Part shown: piece by piece, positions 30,967 through 41,356 of the stretch
Numbering within the stretch: position 1 is the first letter of the stretch
How the letters are laid out: the number at the start of each line of letters is the position of its first letter
Source: Nitrospirales bacterium
Lineage (GTDB): Bacteria; Nitrospirota; Nitrospiria; Nitrospirales; UBA8639
NCBI GenBank assembly: GCA_963422365.1
Contig: OY729426.1
Span: 2,144,001-2,208,000, forward strand
DNA: 64,000 nucleotides
Direction: 5' to 3'
Notes under the pieces: generated by a model
Seen by the model: the letters and a program-made list of their open reading frames with translations, nothing else
Databases searched by the model: none
What the model was told of the DNA's origin: nothing
Made by a program: the position numbers and the translations under genes

Positions 30967-32337
30967 ATGACATCGTATCGAACCACGTTTCTCCTCGCAG
31001 CCATTTTTGTAGGGCTTGGTGTCTATGTCTCTACCATCGAAGTGCCCACGATGGGAAACAAAACCATTCAACAAACTGAGGAGCAACATCTTCTGCCTTT
31101 TGATTACCGGGATGTGACGCGCGTGGTGTACACCACGCGAACCGAGCGTATTCAGATGCGCCGTGACGAAAGGAATCGTTGGCGGATCGTTGAACCAATT
31201 AAGACCAGAGGTGATGCGCGTGAGATTGAAAATGTTCTTCGTGCCCTGGAAATCGGCAAAATCTCTCGTATCATTCAAGCCGAAGGGCAAAAGGAAGGGG
31301 CAACGGCTGAACAATACGGCCTGAAATCGCCTTATGTGACCATTGAGATTACAGCACGGAACTACACGGAATCATTAGCCCTAGGTGATAGGGGTCCCTT
31401 ATCGTCCACCTTGTATGCTCAACGAGGATCAGATGAAAAAATTTTGCTGACCACGCTCTTGATTGGAGATTTTCGGGCAAAAACCCTGGATACCTTTCGC
31501 CTGAAAGATATTCTCTTGTTTGACCGGACACGTGCCGAACGTATCCAACTGCAGACACCGAGCCAAAACATCACGCTCCAGCGTGGAACCGCTTTCCATG
31601 GCCCTGTTTCCAGGTGGAATTTCACGTCTCCGATGAATGCTCCAGCCGACAAAACCGCAGTCGGGATTCTGCTGATGACTCTCGAAGATTTAACGGCAAC
31701 AGGGTTTATTGATTCACAAGTCGAGAAAGAGGCCCTCCTGAAAAAACTCGGAACCCCGTCATGGACGGCGACCGTTCATACGAGGCGACAAGGCCATCAT
31801 GTTGCGTTCTTTGAACCGGTTGCCTCTGGTGAAGATGCTTACGCCGTCACCTCATCGAAGGATCCCATGTATCGGATATCGGCCCACGTTCTTCGCAAAT
31901 TGCCGAGTGACGTGTTTCACTTACAGGACAAACGCTTATTTGGCATGGAAGTTGGGGAGATTGCGCTCTTAACGGTCAAAGCCAATGACTCGCAGTACAC
32001 CCTGATTCAACAGCATGGGGAATGGTATCTCGAAGGGAAGGAATCAGATCTGATCGACCAGCGGCAAGTCAAATTGTTTGTCAGCCGTCTCGTTGACTTG
32101 CCCGCGGAACTGTCGATCAGTCGGACGAAAAATAATCTGACACAATATGGTCTCGCGCAACCGGCCATTGAGATCACAGGCATTGATCAAAAAGGGCGAC
32201 CCCTCGGCCATCTGACATTGGGAACACGGGAGAAAGGCTTAGTCTATGCCACAGGAGCTAGATTATCCGGCATTTATCAGGCCCGCTCCGTGATCCTGAC
32301 TCAGATGCCTTCTCCTGAAACCCTGTTGGACCACTAG
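30967..32337 (+). CDS. DUF4340-domain protein
   Basis: N-terminal anchor; repeated W....P...AD and YGL..P motifs; usual partner of GldAFG-like transporters. Confidence 0.8.
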   Translation: MTSYRTTFLLAAIFVGLGVYVSTIEVPTMGNKTIQQTEEQHLLPFDYRDVTRVVYTTRTERIQMRRDERNRWRIVEPIKTRGDAREIENVLRALEIGKISRIIQAEGQKEGATAEQYGLKSPYVTIEITARNYTESLALGDRGPLSSTLYAQRGSDEKILLTTLLIGDFRAKTLDTFRLKDILLFDRTRAERIQLQTPSQNITLQRGTAFHGPVSRWNFTSPMNAPADKTAVGILLMTLEDLTATGFIDSQVEKEALLKKLGTPSWTATVHTRRQGHHVAFFEPVASGEDAYAVTSSKDPMYRISAHVLRKLPSDVFHLQDKRLFGMEVGEIALLTVKANDSQYTLIQQHGEWYLEGKESDLIDQRQVKLFVSRLVDLPAELSISRTKNNLTQYGLAQPAIEITGIDQKGRPLGHLTLGTREKGLVYATGARLSGIYQARSVILTQMPSPETLLDH

Positions 32338-32662
32338 CAACAGAATCTTTCACGGTGCCCTCTGATTTGTGAGCCTCACGTTTCTCAATGGACAAGGCTT
32401 GTACAGCATTGCCTTCCATGGCTCGACTGATTCATAATTCATCTGTAACCAACCGACTGATCAAGGAGAAGCTGTGCGGGTGTCTATGTCCGCGATCCTG
32501 CATCTCAGGCTTCTCTCTCATAGACGGAGAAGCAACGTTCGATTGTGCAATCGTCGCGTCATGCTTATCAGAAAGCGATTCACGACACACGAAGCCCGGG
32601 ACAGGGTCGAAAATTGGCCATCCGATTCATGCTGAAAACAGTAGTACATCCGAGCCCAGCCC

Positions 32663-34393
32663 ATGCCTTCAAGCACCCATGACCAGCCGCCGGCCCAGAC
32701 CAACGAGAAGGTTTGGCAAGACAACGGTTTTGACCTGAGCCGGTACCTGCTCATACTGCTCACTTGGTGGCGGGAGATCATCTTCGTTTCAGTTTTAGCC
32801 GCCGCTGGTGGTTTGGTGATGAACGGGGTCTACCAGACCTTGTGGCCGAGGTATACAGCCTCGGCCATGGTGACCATCATACCCACGAGAACCGATATTT
32901 CCATCACCAAGGAAATTTCTAACGTGGACAGGCAACAGACGCAGGCCACCCTATCAGCCAGGCAGTCCGCGTTGCTGGGACTCGTCTACAACGGCGAAGT
33001 GGCCCGGACCGTGTTCCGGCGCGTGGGCGGACAGTTGAGCGAAGAGGAACGCTCAATGAGCTGGCTACTCCGTGATTCCATCACAGGCGAACTGGTCGAA
33101 TCCCAAAACCGTGACAAGGTCAGCGACCTGATCCGCATCCAGGCGACCGCCAGATCGCCGGAGACGGCGCAGGTGATCGCCAACGCTTGGGCGAAAGAGT
33201 ACGTGAACCATGTGAGTTTTCTGTGGCAGACCGACCCTGAATTGCGCAAGTCGATCATGACGGAGCTGGCCAACACACAGGACCGGTATCAAGTTGCCCA
33301 ACAGAAACTGGAACAATATATCAGCACCAACCAGACCGAGCGACTGGATCGGGAGATCCAAGAAAAGCGAAAAGCGATCGAGAAACTCTCAGCATCTCGG
33401 GAAGTGTTCATTGAGGCTCGCACAATTGCCTTGAGCAGAGTGTACGAGGCCGACAAGAAGGTTGAGTCTGCCAAAGTTGATAGTTTCAATCAGAAGGTCG
33501 AGTCGGCATTGTCGAGTCTGGCCGGCAGCTACGAAGTCCGGCAGAAGCTGATCCGGCTCCTCGACGACGCGCAAGGACTTCGCGACCTGATCGAGAGAGG
33601 CGGCGAAGCAGGCACCCAGTCGAACGGGCTGGCCATCCTGCTACTCAAGGCCCAAACATTCGCATCCTCCACCGATTGGCCCGAAAGCCTGGAGTTGAGG
33701 ATCGATAACCAGAACGCGATGCACGAAAGCTTGGCGCAACAGCGGGCCGACGTCGATGCGCTCATCAAGACACTGCAAGACCGGATCGAGCGACTCAGGG
33801 AGACCATCGCCAGTCAATCTGAGAGTCTGTCCAACGGTGCAAGCCATGTGGCTGTGGATACCGGGCAAGCGGATGGAAGCGGCCGTCGCGTCGCCATCCA
33901 GGAACAATATTCCACCCTGTTCGTGCCCGATGGACCGAACGATCCCGGCAAAGACGTGGCCGGGAACTCCGCCGACTTGGACGAGGAGACGGCGGCAATA
34001 CAGGTGCTGCGAGACCGGTTGATCAATGGAGACGATCAGACCAAGCAGATCATCTTTGACCTAGAGGACAGCATCCAGACGCTGCAAGAGGCAAAGCAGA
34101 TCGCATTCGCCAATCTCAGGGAACTTACCAAAAAACGAGACCTGCTGATGAAATCCGTGAACATTCTACAAAGCAAGGTCATGGAGATAGACCTGGAGTC
34201 GGCCGCCACCAATGCGAAGATCCGCTTGGCGTCGCCAGCGGTGACAAGTTATTCTGACGGTTTGAGTCTTTTTCAGTCGACAGTTCTCGCCGGCATCGCC
34301 GGGTTGATCACGATAATGTTCTTCATCACATTCCTCGCAGAGCCCATGGGGGCAAGGCCCTTTTTCGCGCGGCACAAGGCAGCCGATGGATGA
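32663..34393 (+). CDS. Polysaccharide co-polymerase / chain-length determinant (Wzz/GumC-like, no kinase domain)
   Basis: DLSRYL..L..WW, P.YTASA, IRIQATARSPE.A..IANAWA..Y, long coiled coil, C-terminal TM. Confidence 0.8.
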   Translation: MPSSTHDQPPAQTNEKVWQDNGFDLSRYLLILLTWWREIIFVSVLAAAGGLVMNGVYQTLWPRYTASAMVTIIPTRTDISITKEISNVDRQQTQATLSARQSALLGLVYNGEVARTVFRRVGGQLSEEERSMSWLLRDSITGELVESQNRDKVSDLIRIQATARSPETAQVIANAWAKEYVNHVSFLWQTDPELRKSIMTELANTQDRYQVAQQKLEQYISTNQTERLDREIQEKRKAIEKLSASREVFIEARTIALSRVYEADKKVESAKVDSFNQKVESALSSLAGSYEVRQKLIRLLDDAQGLRDLIERGGEAGTQSNGLAILLLKAQTFASSTDWPESLELRIDNQNAMHESLAQQRADVDALIKTLQDRIERLRETIASQSESLSNGASHVAVDTGQADGSGRRVAIQEQYSTLFVPDGPNDPGKDVAGNSADLDEETAAIQVLRDRLINGDDQTKQIIFDLEDSIQTLQEAKQIAFANLRELTKKRDLLMKSVNILQSKVMEIDLESAATNAKIRLASPAVTSYSDGLSLFQSTVLAGIAGLITIMFFITFLAEPMGARPFFARHKAADG

Positions 34394-34614
34394 TATGAGA
34401 AAGCGCCGGTCACGGCTGATCAAGTCGGGCATGCCAGAAAGGTTCTCCGGGCCGCGGCGGGCAAGCTGAAGGCTGTCACGATGCGCTGAGCGAAATGCCG
34501 CAGGTTGTTGCGACGCCTGAAGGAAAATCCTCGTATACGAGCGTCTTCTTCGTATCCCGCGGCCGAAGATCGAACGCCGCCTGTGTGGCCTCTTCGACGC
34601 CTGCCGCCAAGTCA

Positions 34615-35925
34615 TCAGTGACTCGAGTGGGCGACTCGCGGAGGGTATCTGGCTGCAGCGGGCCGATGCCGGATTTCCACCTGACTCGCCGCCAGTGCGC
34701 AACTCAAACCGGCCAGAAAACAGTACGCCCCCAGCGTGAGCCAATGATGGAACGTGACGCCGAACAAGGCCATCACAACGGCCCAGCCGACGATGACAGG
34801 CCTGGCCAGGGAATTCGGCGTGATCCAATAAAACCGCAGCAAAGAGAAAAGAAACAGACAGTACAACCATAACGGGACAATGCCGGCTTCGCCAACCAAC
34901 ATCAGGTACACATTATGGACGCCTTCCGGTTTGCCACGATAGCTGATAGGTCCGCCAGGCAGACTATGGAGCCGACCCATGCCATGACCGACGATGGGTG
35001 ATTCCAAGGCCTTTGTAAGAGCGACTTCCCACAAAAACGGCCGATTCGTTCGAACGCCTGACATCCCCTCGCCGCTGAGAATCGCCACGACCGTATCAAT
35101 TTTTTCCTGTTGTTCGCCGTGCGACGTGATTGTTGTCAGGTTAACAGTCAAGTAAGCAAAACTGCCGAGCAAGTACGAAGCGAACAGCCAGCGGACGATG
35201 GGGCCTCGTCTCTCACGACCGTTGAACAGCAGAAAAAAGGCGAATAGCACACCCAGGACAAAAACGGCCGATACGGAAAATGATCCCAGTACCGCCCCGC
35301 AGCCAGCGGTCAGGCCCAGATAGGCTGGCACGCGACGTCGGACGCCGCCCAGCAGGGCCATGGCCAGCGCCGCCGTCATGCAACCGATGAAGCCAGCATC
35401 ATTGGGGTCGGTGAAGGTACCGGTCAAGCGAAAGGGAAGTCTGTAACCCGGCAGCACGCCGAGACCACTCAGGATCGGCGAAGCCAGAACCACGAGGCAA
35501 CTCGCGGTCAGAACCACAAGCATTCCCTTCAACAACGCCTCGGTCCCGACCCGCTCCAGCACCGAGCGTCCGCCGAGCAGGGAGGCCACGATCACCAGGA
35601 GGAAGAAGGTCTGGCGCAGCAGGTCTTTGCCCGCATCCGAGCCGTCGGCAACCGCCACGGTGCCGCCGATGACCAGATAAGATGCTACCGCGGCGAGGAG
35701 CAGCACTCCGGACGTTCCCCCGGCCAGCCACCATCGGGCACCGACCAGCACCACCAGGCACAGACAACAGGCGAGAGCGACCGCATAGCTCATGATAACG
35801 GGAGATCCCCAAAGATGCAGCCCTCGCACGTTGAGCAGCATCATGACGGCCAACATCCAGAAGGCAAGCGTGATCAACGTAGATTTTCCCCAGCCAGGAC
35901 GGACTCCGGTTGTCGCCCGGGTCAT
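34615..35925 (-). CDS. O-antigen ligase / Wzy polymerase family membrane protein
   Basis: RLTGTFTDPNDAG, R..LW..AL....ESPIVGHGMG, VHNVYL..VGEAG. Confidence 0.85.
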   Translation of the reverse strand: MTRATTGVRPGWGKSTLITLAFWMLAVMMLLNVRGLHLWGSPVIMSYAVALACCLCLVVLVGARWWLAGGTSGVLLLAAVASYLVIGGTVAVADGSDAGKDLLRQTFFLLVIVASLLGGRSVLERVGTEALLKGMLVVLTASCLVVLASPILSGLGVLPGYRLPFRLTGTFTDPNDAGFIGCMTAALAMALLGGVRRRVPAYLGLTAGCGAVLGSFSVSAVFVLGVLFAFFLLFNGRERRGPIVRWLFASYLLGSFAYLTVNLTTITSHGEQQEKIDTVVAILSGEGMSGVRTNRPFLWEVALTKALESPIVGHGMGRLHSLPGGPISYRGKPEGVHNVYLMLVGEAGIVPLWLYCLFLFSLLRFYWITPNSLARPVIVGWAVVMALFGVTFHHWLTLGAYCFLAGLSCALAASQVEIRHRPAAARYPPRVAHSSH

Positions 35926-35993
35926 TTACGACTCATAGAGTATGCGTTCATTTTCTACGGATCGCAGGCGCGAAACGTTGTGCGTTCGGGTCA

Positions 35994-37124
35994 CTACGCA
36001 GAGCCTGTTTTCCGACACAGGCCATGGAGGTCCGCAGCCATATGGCCGTACCAATCCGCACTGCGGAAGTCCTCCCCACGGCATTCGGCGCCCTCGCACA
36101 ACCGCCGGTACAAGGCTGGCTCGTCAAGCAGCCTCTCGATCGCAGCCCGAACCGCCACGGCAGAGCGGGGCTCCACCAGCAATCCGCTCTCCTCATGCTT
36201 GACGAGTTCGGGCACACTGCCGCATCTCGCGGCGACGACGGGCACGCCGCACTGAAAAGCTTCGAGGATGATGCCGGGATAGCCCTCGGTGCTGAAATAG
36301 CTAGGGAACAGCAGCAGGTCGTGCTCACTCAGCGCCCTGGGCACCTCCTCCGGCTCCAGCACGCCGCCATAGGTCGCCCGGGGATGGCCTTCGAACCCGG
36401 AGAAGTCCGTGTCGGACATACGCGGGCCGAAGACCTGAAGATGACAAGGCTCTGGCAAATGGCGGCACGCATCGAGGGCCTCGGCCAGCCCTTTTCGCTT
36501 GTCCAATCGGCCAACGAAGATCAGCTTGCTCACTGTGTCGCGCCGGGCCCTGGCCAGCGCCTGGACATTCCGCGTATTGGGGAACCGGCGGACATTGGCC
36601 AAGTTGCCAAAGTCCCTGTATGTTTGCAGGGTTTCAACGTATATCAGGGCGGAGCGCATCCAGGTCAGGTTGGCCAGCCAGCGGGCCAGAGCACCGTAGG
36701 CACGATAGACTTGGCCGAGGCTGGACGCGGAGAACCGTAGCACTAGAGGCCGGCGTACGATTTTGCAGATAATCCAGACAGATGTGGCCATGGTGAGCGC
36801 CGAATAGGGGGCAATGAGGAGAAACACGAGATCGGAGCGGAGGACCTTCTTTATGATGCTCCGGAGCACGTGGAGGAACCGTGCCAGGCGATAGGCCTGG
36901 ATTTTCCACGGGGGCAGATTGGTCACGCTTCCCGACGTGTCGATAACGTCGATCTCGAACCCCAGCGGACTCAGTTCGCGGATCGACTCCTCAGCCATCA
37001 CCCTGTTCCCCCCGACGACATTGGTGACGGACTTGCCGGAACCCACCGGAGCGATGAACAGGATGGTCGGCATTCGATGTTTGATATCAGCCATAATATC
37101 AGCCATAAAGAGGGCTCGCCTCAA
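35994..37124 (-). CDS. GT4 family glycosyltransferase
   Basis: FVGRLDKRKG, FPSYFSTEGYPGIILEAFQCGVPVV; start uncertain. Confidence 0.9.
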   Translation of the reverse strand: MRRALFMADIMADIKHRMPTILFIAPVGSGKSVTNVVGGNRVMAEESIRELSPLGFEIDVIDTSGSVTNLPPWKIQAYRLARFLHVLRSIIKKVLRSDLVFLLIAPYSALTMATSVWIICKIVRRPLVLRFSASSLGQVYRAYGALARWLANLTWMRSALIYVETLQTYRDFGNLANVRRFPNTRNVQALARARRDTVSKLIFVGRLDKRKGLAEALDACRHLPEPCHLQVFGPRMSDTDFSGFEGHPRATYGGVLEPEEVPRALSEHDLLLFPSYFSTEGYPGIILEAFQCGVPVVAARCGSVPELVKHEESGLLVEPRSAVAVRAAIERLLDEPALYRRLCEGAECRGEDFRSADWYGHMAADLHGLCRKTGSA

Positions 37125-37589
37125 TCATGCAACGGCCTGTCATCGGACACGGTCCTTGGAATCTCTCCTTGCATTTCCGTAACAAAAGCCGCATCTCTTC
37201 ACCCAATCGAAAATCAGCCTGGCATGAAAGGGCTTGAGAACTATACGTCATTTCAGTCTGTGGCCTCTCAAGTCATCTAAACTCTCGTATATTCAGAGAG
37301 TTGGAGTGACGCAGTCCGAGTATCCTCGGTACGCTAGCCACTCTTTGAACGAGGCCTTATCTGTGACTTTTCTCGCTCAATCCAGGTCAATTGCCAACCT
37401 CCTTTTCTCGTACAGAATGTGCTTATTGAATGAACGTGGCGAAAAGAGATGAGGCAAGTAACCCAGCTTATACCAAACCGAAAGGAAACTGAAGCATTGC
37501 CCCAAAAAAGTGTTACCGGAAGATGTTTTCGTGCTAAGGTTGCGCCTGTCTTCACAATAGGGTGGGTACGAAATCCTCCGGAGAGTCCT

Positions 37590-38469
37590 GTCGACAGGAA
37601 GAAACCGGTTACCCAGATCAGATGCATGGTGGCGAGGGCCAACGGCAAGAGAACCCCTGCCGCATCCCGCCGCCGAACGCCGACCACCAAGGAGCCAGCC
37701 GCCAAAACGAAGAGGTGGGTAAGCGGCAACGCCGCCGCTACCGCACACGGGGCACCGACCAGGACCAGAAACACCGACGCGGCGAGACCCAGCACCCGCT
37801 TCCCGCAACCATAGTTGAACTACTGCAGGGCGAGCGCCCGCAATGTGCCGCGCGGTTGGTAGATGACCACAAGCGCAGGATCGAGCCACACCGTTTCTCC
37901 GCGCTGCCGCAGCCGCCAGTTGAGTTCATAATCCTGATTGCGAGTCAGTGTAGGATTGACTCCGCCCACCGCGTCCAACGTGTCACGCCGGAACGCGCCC
38001 AGGTAGATGGTGTCAACGGGCCTCTCGTGGCCACCGAGCCGGTAGCGGACATCTCCTGCTACCAAGGGCGTGATCATCGCGATTGCCACCGCCCGCTCGA
38101 AGCACGTGGTTCCGAGTGGCTGTTGCCGGCCGCCGACGTTCACGGCGTCCGTTCTCTCCAGCATGTCGAACACGCGGCACAGATACCCGGGCGGAAACGT
38201 CACATCGGCGTCGCACCGCACGATGATATCGCCGGTGGCCACCCGAAGCGCCGCTTGGACTCCAAACCCAAGGGTCTGCTCCGGATTGGGGATCACCTGC
38301 ACCATCGGGTAGTGTCGTCGGCGACAATGCCCTCCACCGGCCCCGCGTAATCCTGGGTCAGCACCGAGTCAAGAGTCGCCGCGATGCTTGCCTCGGCATT
38401 GCGGGCTGGGATGATGACTGACACCGAGGGGGCGTTGATGTCAGGTGGATTGGATTTCTTTTCAGTCAT
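37590..38469 (-). pseudogene. ExoA-like GT2 glycosyltransferase pseudogene, paralog of 50497-51471
   Basis: VSVIIPARNAEASI, frameshift near 38310, RCDA, NQDYELNWRLR, stop at 37820, internal deletion, LPLALATMHL. Confidence 0.85.
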
Positions 38470-38728
38470 GCGGGCATCCCGTCGGTTCTCCATATGCAAC
38501 GGCATCGGATTAGTCGAAATACAGTGGTTCAGACTTGTTCGGTTCGGGAATAATGCAGCTTCTATCCCCCCCCCACGTTTAGCGGGATAGTGGACCCCAC
38601 ACTTAAGCTCGTCCGGGGGGATCGGCAGGTTCTGATATACCCGCCAAACCAAATTAGACTTTGGGGAGATGGCGACCCACGCCGTTATCAAAATCAAGGT
38701 GAAGGAGGTAAGTCGTGTCTGATTGGAT

Positions 38729-39120
38729 CTACCATGCCTCAACTTTTCCCTTATAAGGTGCGATAAGCTGATCATAAAAATCCAGTACTCTTTCTTGACA
38801 TCTTAAAAGCTCATCCTCTTTACGAAACACAATTGAACCAATGCCGGAGAGTCCCGGCTTAACCTTCATCATGATTTCCTGCATTTCTCTGGGGAAGGCG
38901 TTGAAACACCTTGGGATTTGTGGACGCGGTCCAACTATACTCATATCGCCTAGAATGACATTAAGTAATGGCGGACACTCATCGAGTTTAGTCTTTCGGA
39001 GAAATCTGCCAACAGGCAATACACGCGGATCATCTTTTATCGTGACTGTCCCATTGTGACTGTTCCGGTTCCAATATTCTGGCTATCCTTGAGCATGGCA
39101 GCAAATTTGAAGAGTTGAAA
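38729..39120 (-). pseudogene. Sugar transferase (WcaJ/WbaP C-terminal domain) fragment
   Basis: FKFAAMLKDS.NIGTGTVT / KDDPRVLPVGRFLRKTKLDECP.LLNVI.GDMSIVGPRPQ; frameshift at a short duplication near 39050; both ends missing. Confidence 0.8.
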
Positions 39121-39300
39121 ATCTTTCTCGCCGGTGGTATCACTCCTGAAAAAGTAACAGGGCCATTGCTTCTTGGCGATAAGTTCTCCTGTGCGACTAC
39201 GCGCTTCTTTCTCCGTCTCACATTGATAGGGCTCAAACCCGACTCTTCGCAAATAGCGCTCAGCAATGTCTGAGAAAGTAATTCAATGCAGCCTCTCGCT
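39121..39300 (-). pseudogene. Internal fragment of UDP-GlcNAc 4,6-dehydratase-type polysaccharide biosynthesis protein
   Basis: LH*ITFSDIAERYL...GFEPYQCE.E.EAR...KKQWPCYFFRSDTTGEKDF (family recognised from memory). Confidence 0.6.
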
Positions 39301-39309
39301 TAGTTTCGG

Positions 39310-39540
39310 AAAAATGTTGCGGTTTTCGCCCGACATTTAGAGCTAACAGAGCCATATGCAGCGCCGCTGTTCCAATTTGCAACGGCACGACAATGAGTTC
39401 CATCACCTAAAAAACGCACTGAATTGGGATTCGAACTGAGCGACTCTTTTTCCCATGGAAAGCCAGCCGCCCTGAATAACTTCTGATGCAGCAACTTCGC
39501 GATGATCAAAATTTAACTCAAAAAGCTGTATTGTCCACAT
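39310..39540 (-). pseudogene. DegT/DnrJ sugar aminotransferase N-terminal fragment
   Basis: Manual translation across frameshifts: MWTIQLFELNFD...GWLSMGKRVAQFESQFSAF / LGDGTHC.AVAN / GTAALHMALLAL. Confidence 0.75.
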
Positions 39541-39544
39541 TATC

Positions 39545-40225
39545 TAATCACGCTTTTTAATCCAGCATACAATATGTGACCGCAGTAATGGGCACGAATT
39601 AAATACGTAATAAAGCGCCGGGGGTACGTGACAGACGCGCCGACTCATAACCGGCGACAGGGTGACTTTTTTACCAATAATCTCAGCTTCTGGAAATAGT
39701 TCTTTCACTCGACGCAGAGGACTCCCCTGACATCAGGGTTAGCAGGATTACTGTACAAAAAATCATAGAAAATCACTCCGCCGCCTAGTTTGACCCAACC
39801 CCACATTCTATCTGCCAGATTCTGCCGGAAGTCATCATCTAACAACGGGGGAAAACAACAGGCTGAAAGGACAACATCCTGAGATTCTAGTGACAGTCCT
39901 GCCAAAGCAGCATCACCCTCGATAAGATTTACTGCTTTGGGGAGCATCTCTCTGGCCCTGATCATCCTGTCAACCAGCACTTCAATACCTGTAAGATGCG
40001 CAGGAGAGAAACCAAGGGCCAAAAACTCCGGAATATGTCTCCCGGCACCACAACCTACGTCCGTCAGTTTGAGCTCAGATAAGCTTATATGTGAAAATTC
40101 GCCAACCAATATTTTACATATTGAGTGCTGAAGTTCTTAATGACTAAACAAAACCTCTGGTCGCAACCGTGAGTAGAGTGAAGCGACGGTTCTTTTTCTA
40201 TACCGGTCAGCCAATTCTCTCATTT
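39545..40225 (-). pseudogene. Class I SAM methyltransferase pseudogene
   Basis: DVGCGAG, GDA, GGVIFYDF..SNP.NPDVRGV; upstream stop and downstream frameshifts. Confidence 0.7.
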
Positions 40226-40229
40226 CCAG

Positions 40230-40757
40230 ATGTGGATTATTCATACGCGACCTTTCGACAAGGGTGTCCGATTATGTTCCAGTCACCACATTTATCGGTG
40301 GGGTCTGATAGACAGAAGATCGAGCGGCGCCACCCGTTCCAATTTTCGAACTAAATACCGCTGAAATAGCATCATTTTTGCCACCCGGTGATTTGACTTG
40401 CCAGGGACCACCAACACAATTCGCACCTGAATCGGCAAGTACTTCGATACATTTCCTCACATAATTTTTGGCGTAAATAGTATGAACGTCCATGCGTCTC
40501 ACATACTCACCTTTTGCAATCATAATCGCATTGTTCAGCCCGGTGGGGACGATTCGATCAGCATTTTCAAGCACTACGATTTCAGGATGAGTTTCTAATA
40601 ATTCGTCAAACATGACACTGGTCCCATCATTACTTTTCCCATCAACTATAATGAACTCACAATCAAGACCAGTGCGATCCTGGCTGAAAACCTGAGACAC
40701 AAATTCCCTGATATGGGATTTTTCATTGAAGCACGGCGTTATTATTGAGACGAGCAT
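40230..40757 (-). pseudogene. Truncated ExoA-like GT2 glycosyltransferase (low GC)
   Basis: VSIITPCFNE, IVDGKSNDGT, GLN.AI..AKGE, RMDVH, CVGG; C-terminal half lost. Confidence 0.8.
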
Positions 40758-40941
40758 GATAATTTCTCGGGTGCAGTCGGCATCTTTACGGCAAAATCAT
40801 TGGTTGCGATAGAATAACAAAACATAAAGAGAGTCCCTCTAAATCCATTTGGCTCGGAGCACACGGAAGATTATGAAATAGGCTGCTATTTGCCTGCGAA
40901 CAGGGCAATCCAGTAATTTGAATGGGTCTTCTACCAATTCT

Positions 40942-41094
40942 CTAGCAGAAGCACTGTAACTTCAATGGTAACTTGAAGGTGCGGAGACGTCCGCGCGCGT
41001 AGCGCCGTTGCCGATAGTCGGCAGAGCCGTTGAAACGGTGTATCCATAGAACTGCACGGACGAATCGAGCAAACGCGATCTTCACACTGGCCAT
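40942..41094 (-). pseudogene. Possible methyltransferase N-terminal remnant
   Basis: FNGSADYRQRRYARG resembles the S..YW..RY..GG lead-in of some glycan methyltransferases. Confidence 0.3.
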
Positions 41095-41356
41095 GATGCT
41101 TTCATCTTGAAATAAGGAAACAGCTTCGCTGTTTGACCCCGACAACCGGAAAACCTCCCCAAGAGTTGCAGTTTGTTGTTTGAGACGCCCTGGCATCCTC
41201 ATGTTTTCTTGTTGCGGTATAGACTCCTCTATCCAATAGGCATTTTTTCAAAGTTTATCATAGGGTTTGCCAGATAACCCTCGTGCACCCGATAATTCCG
41301 GACAAACCGGCAACAACAGCAGGTCGCGCACGGAGATGGTCCTTGAGCAGAGAGAA

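Noticed and set aside
38560..38620. C9 tract with IS-end-like sequence upstream of the GT2 pseudogene
   Set aside because: No second end or transposase, and the downstream gene is already dead, so phase variation is moot.
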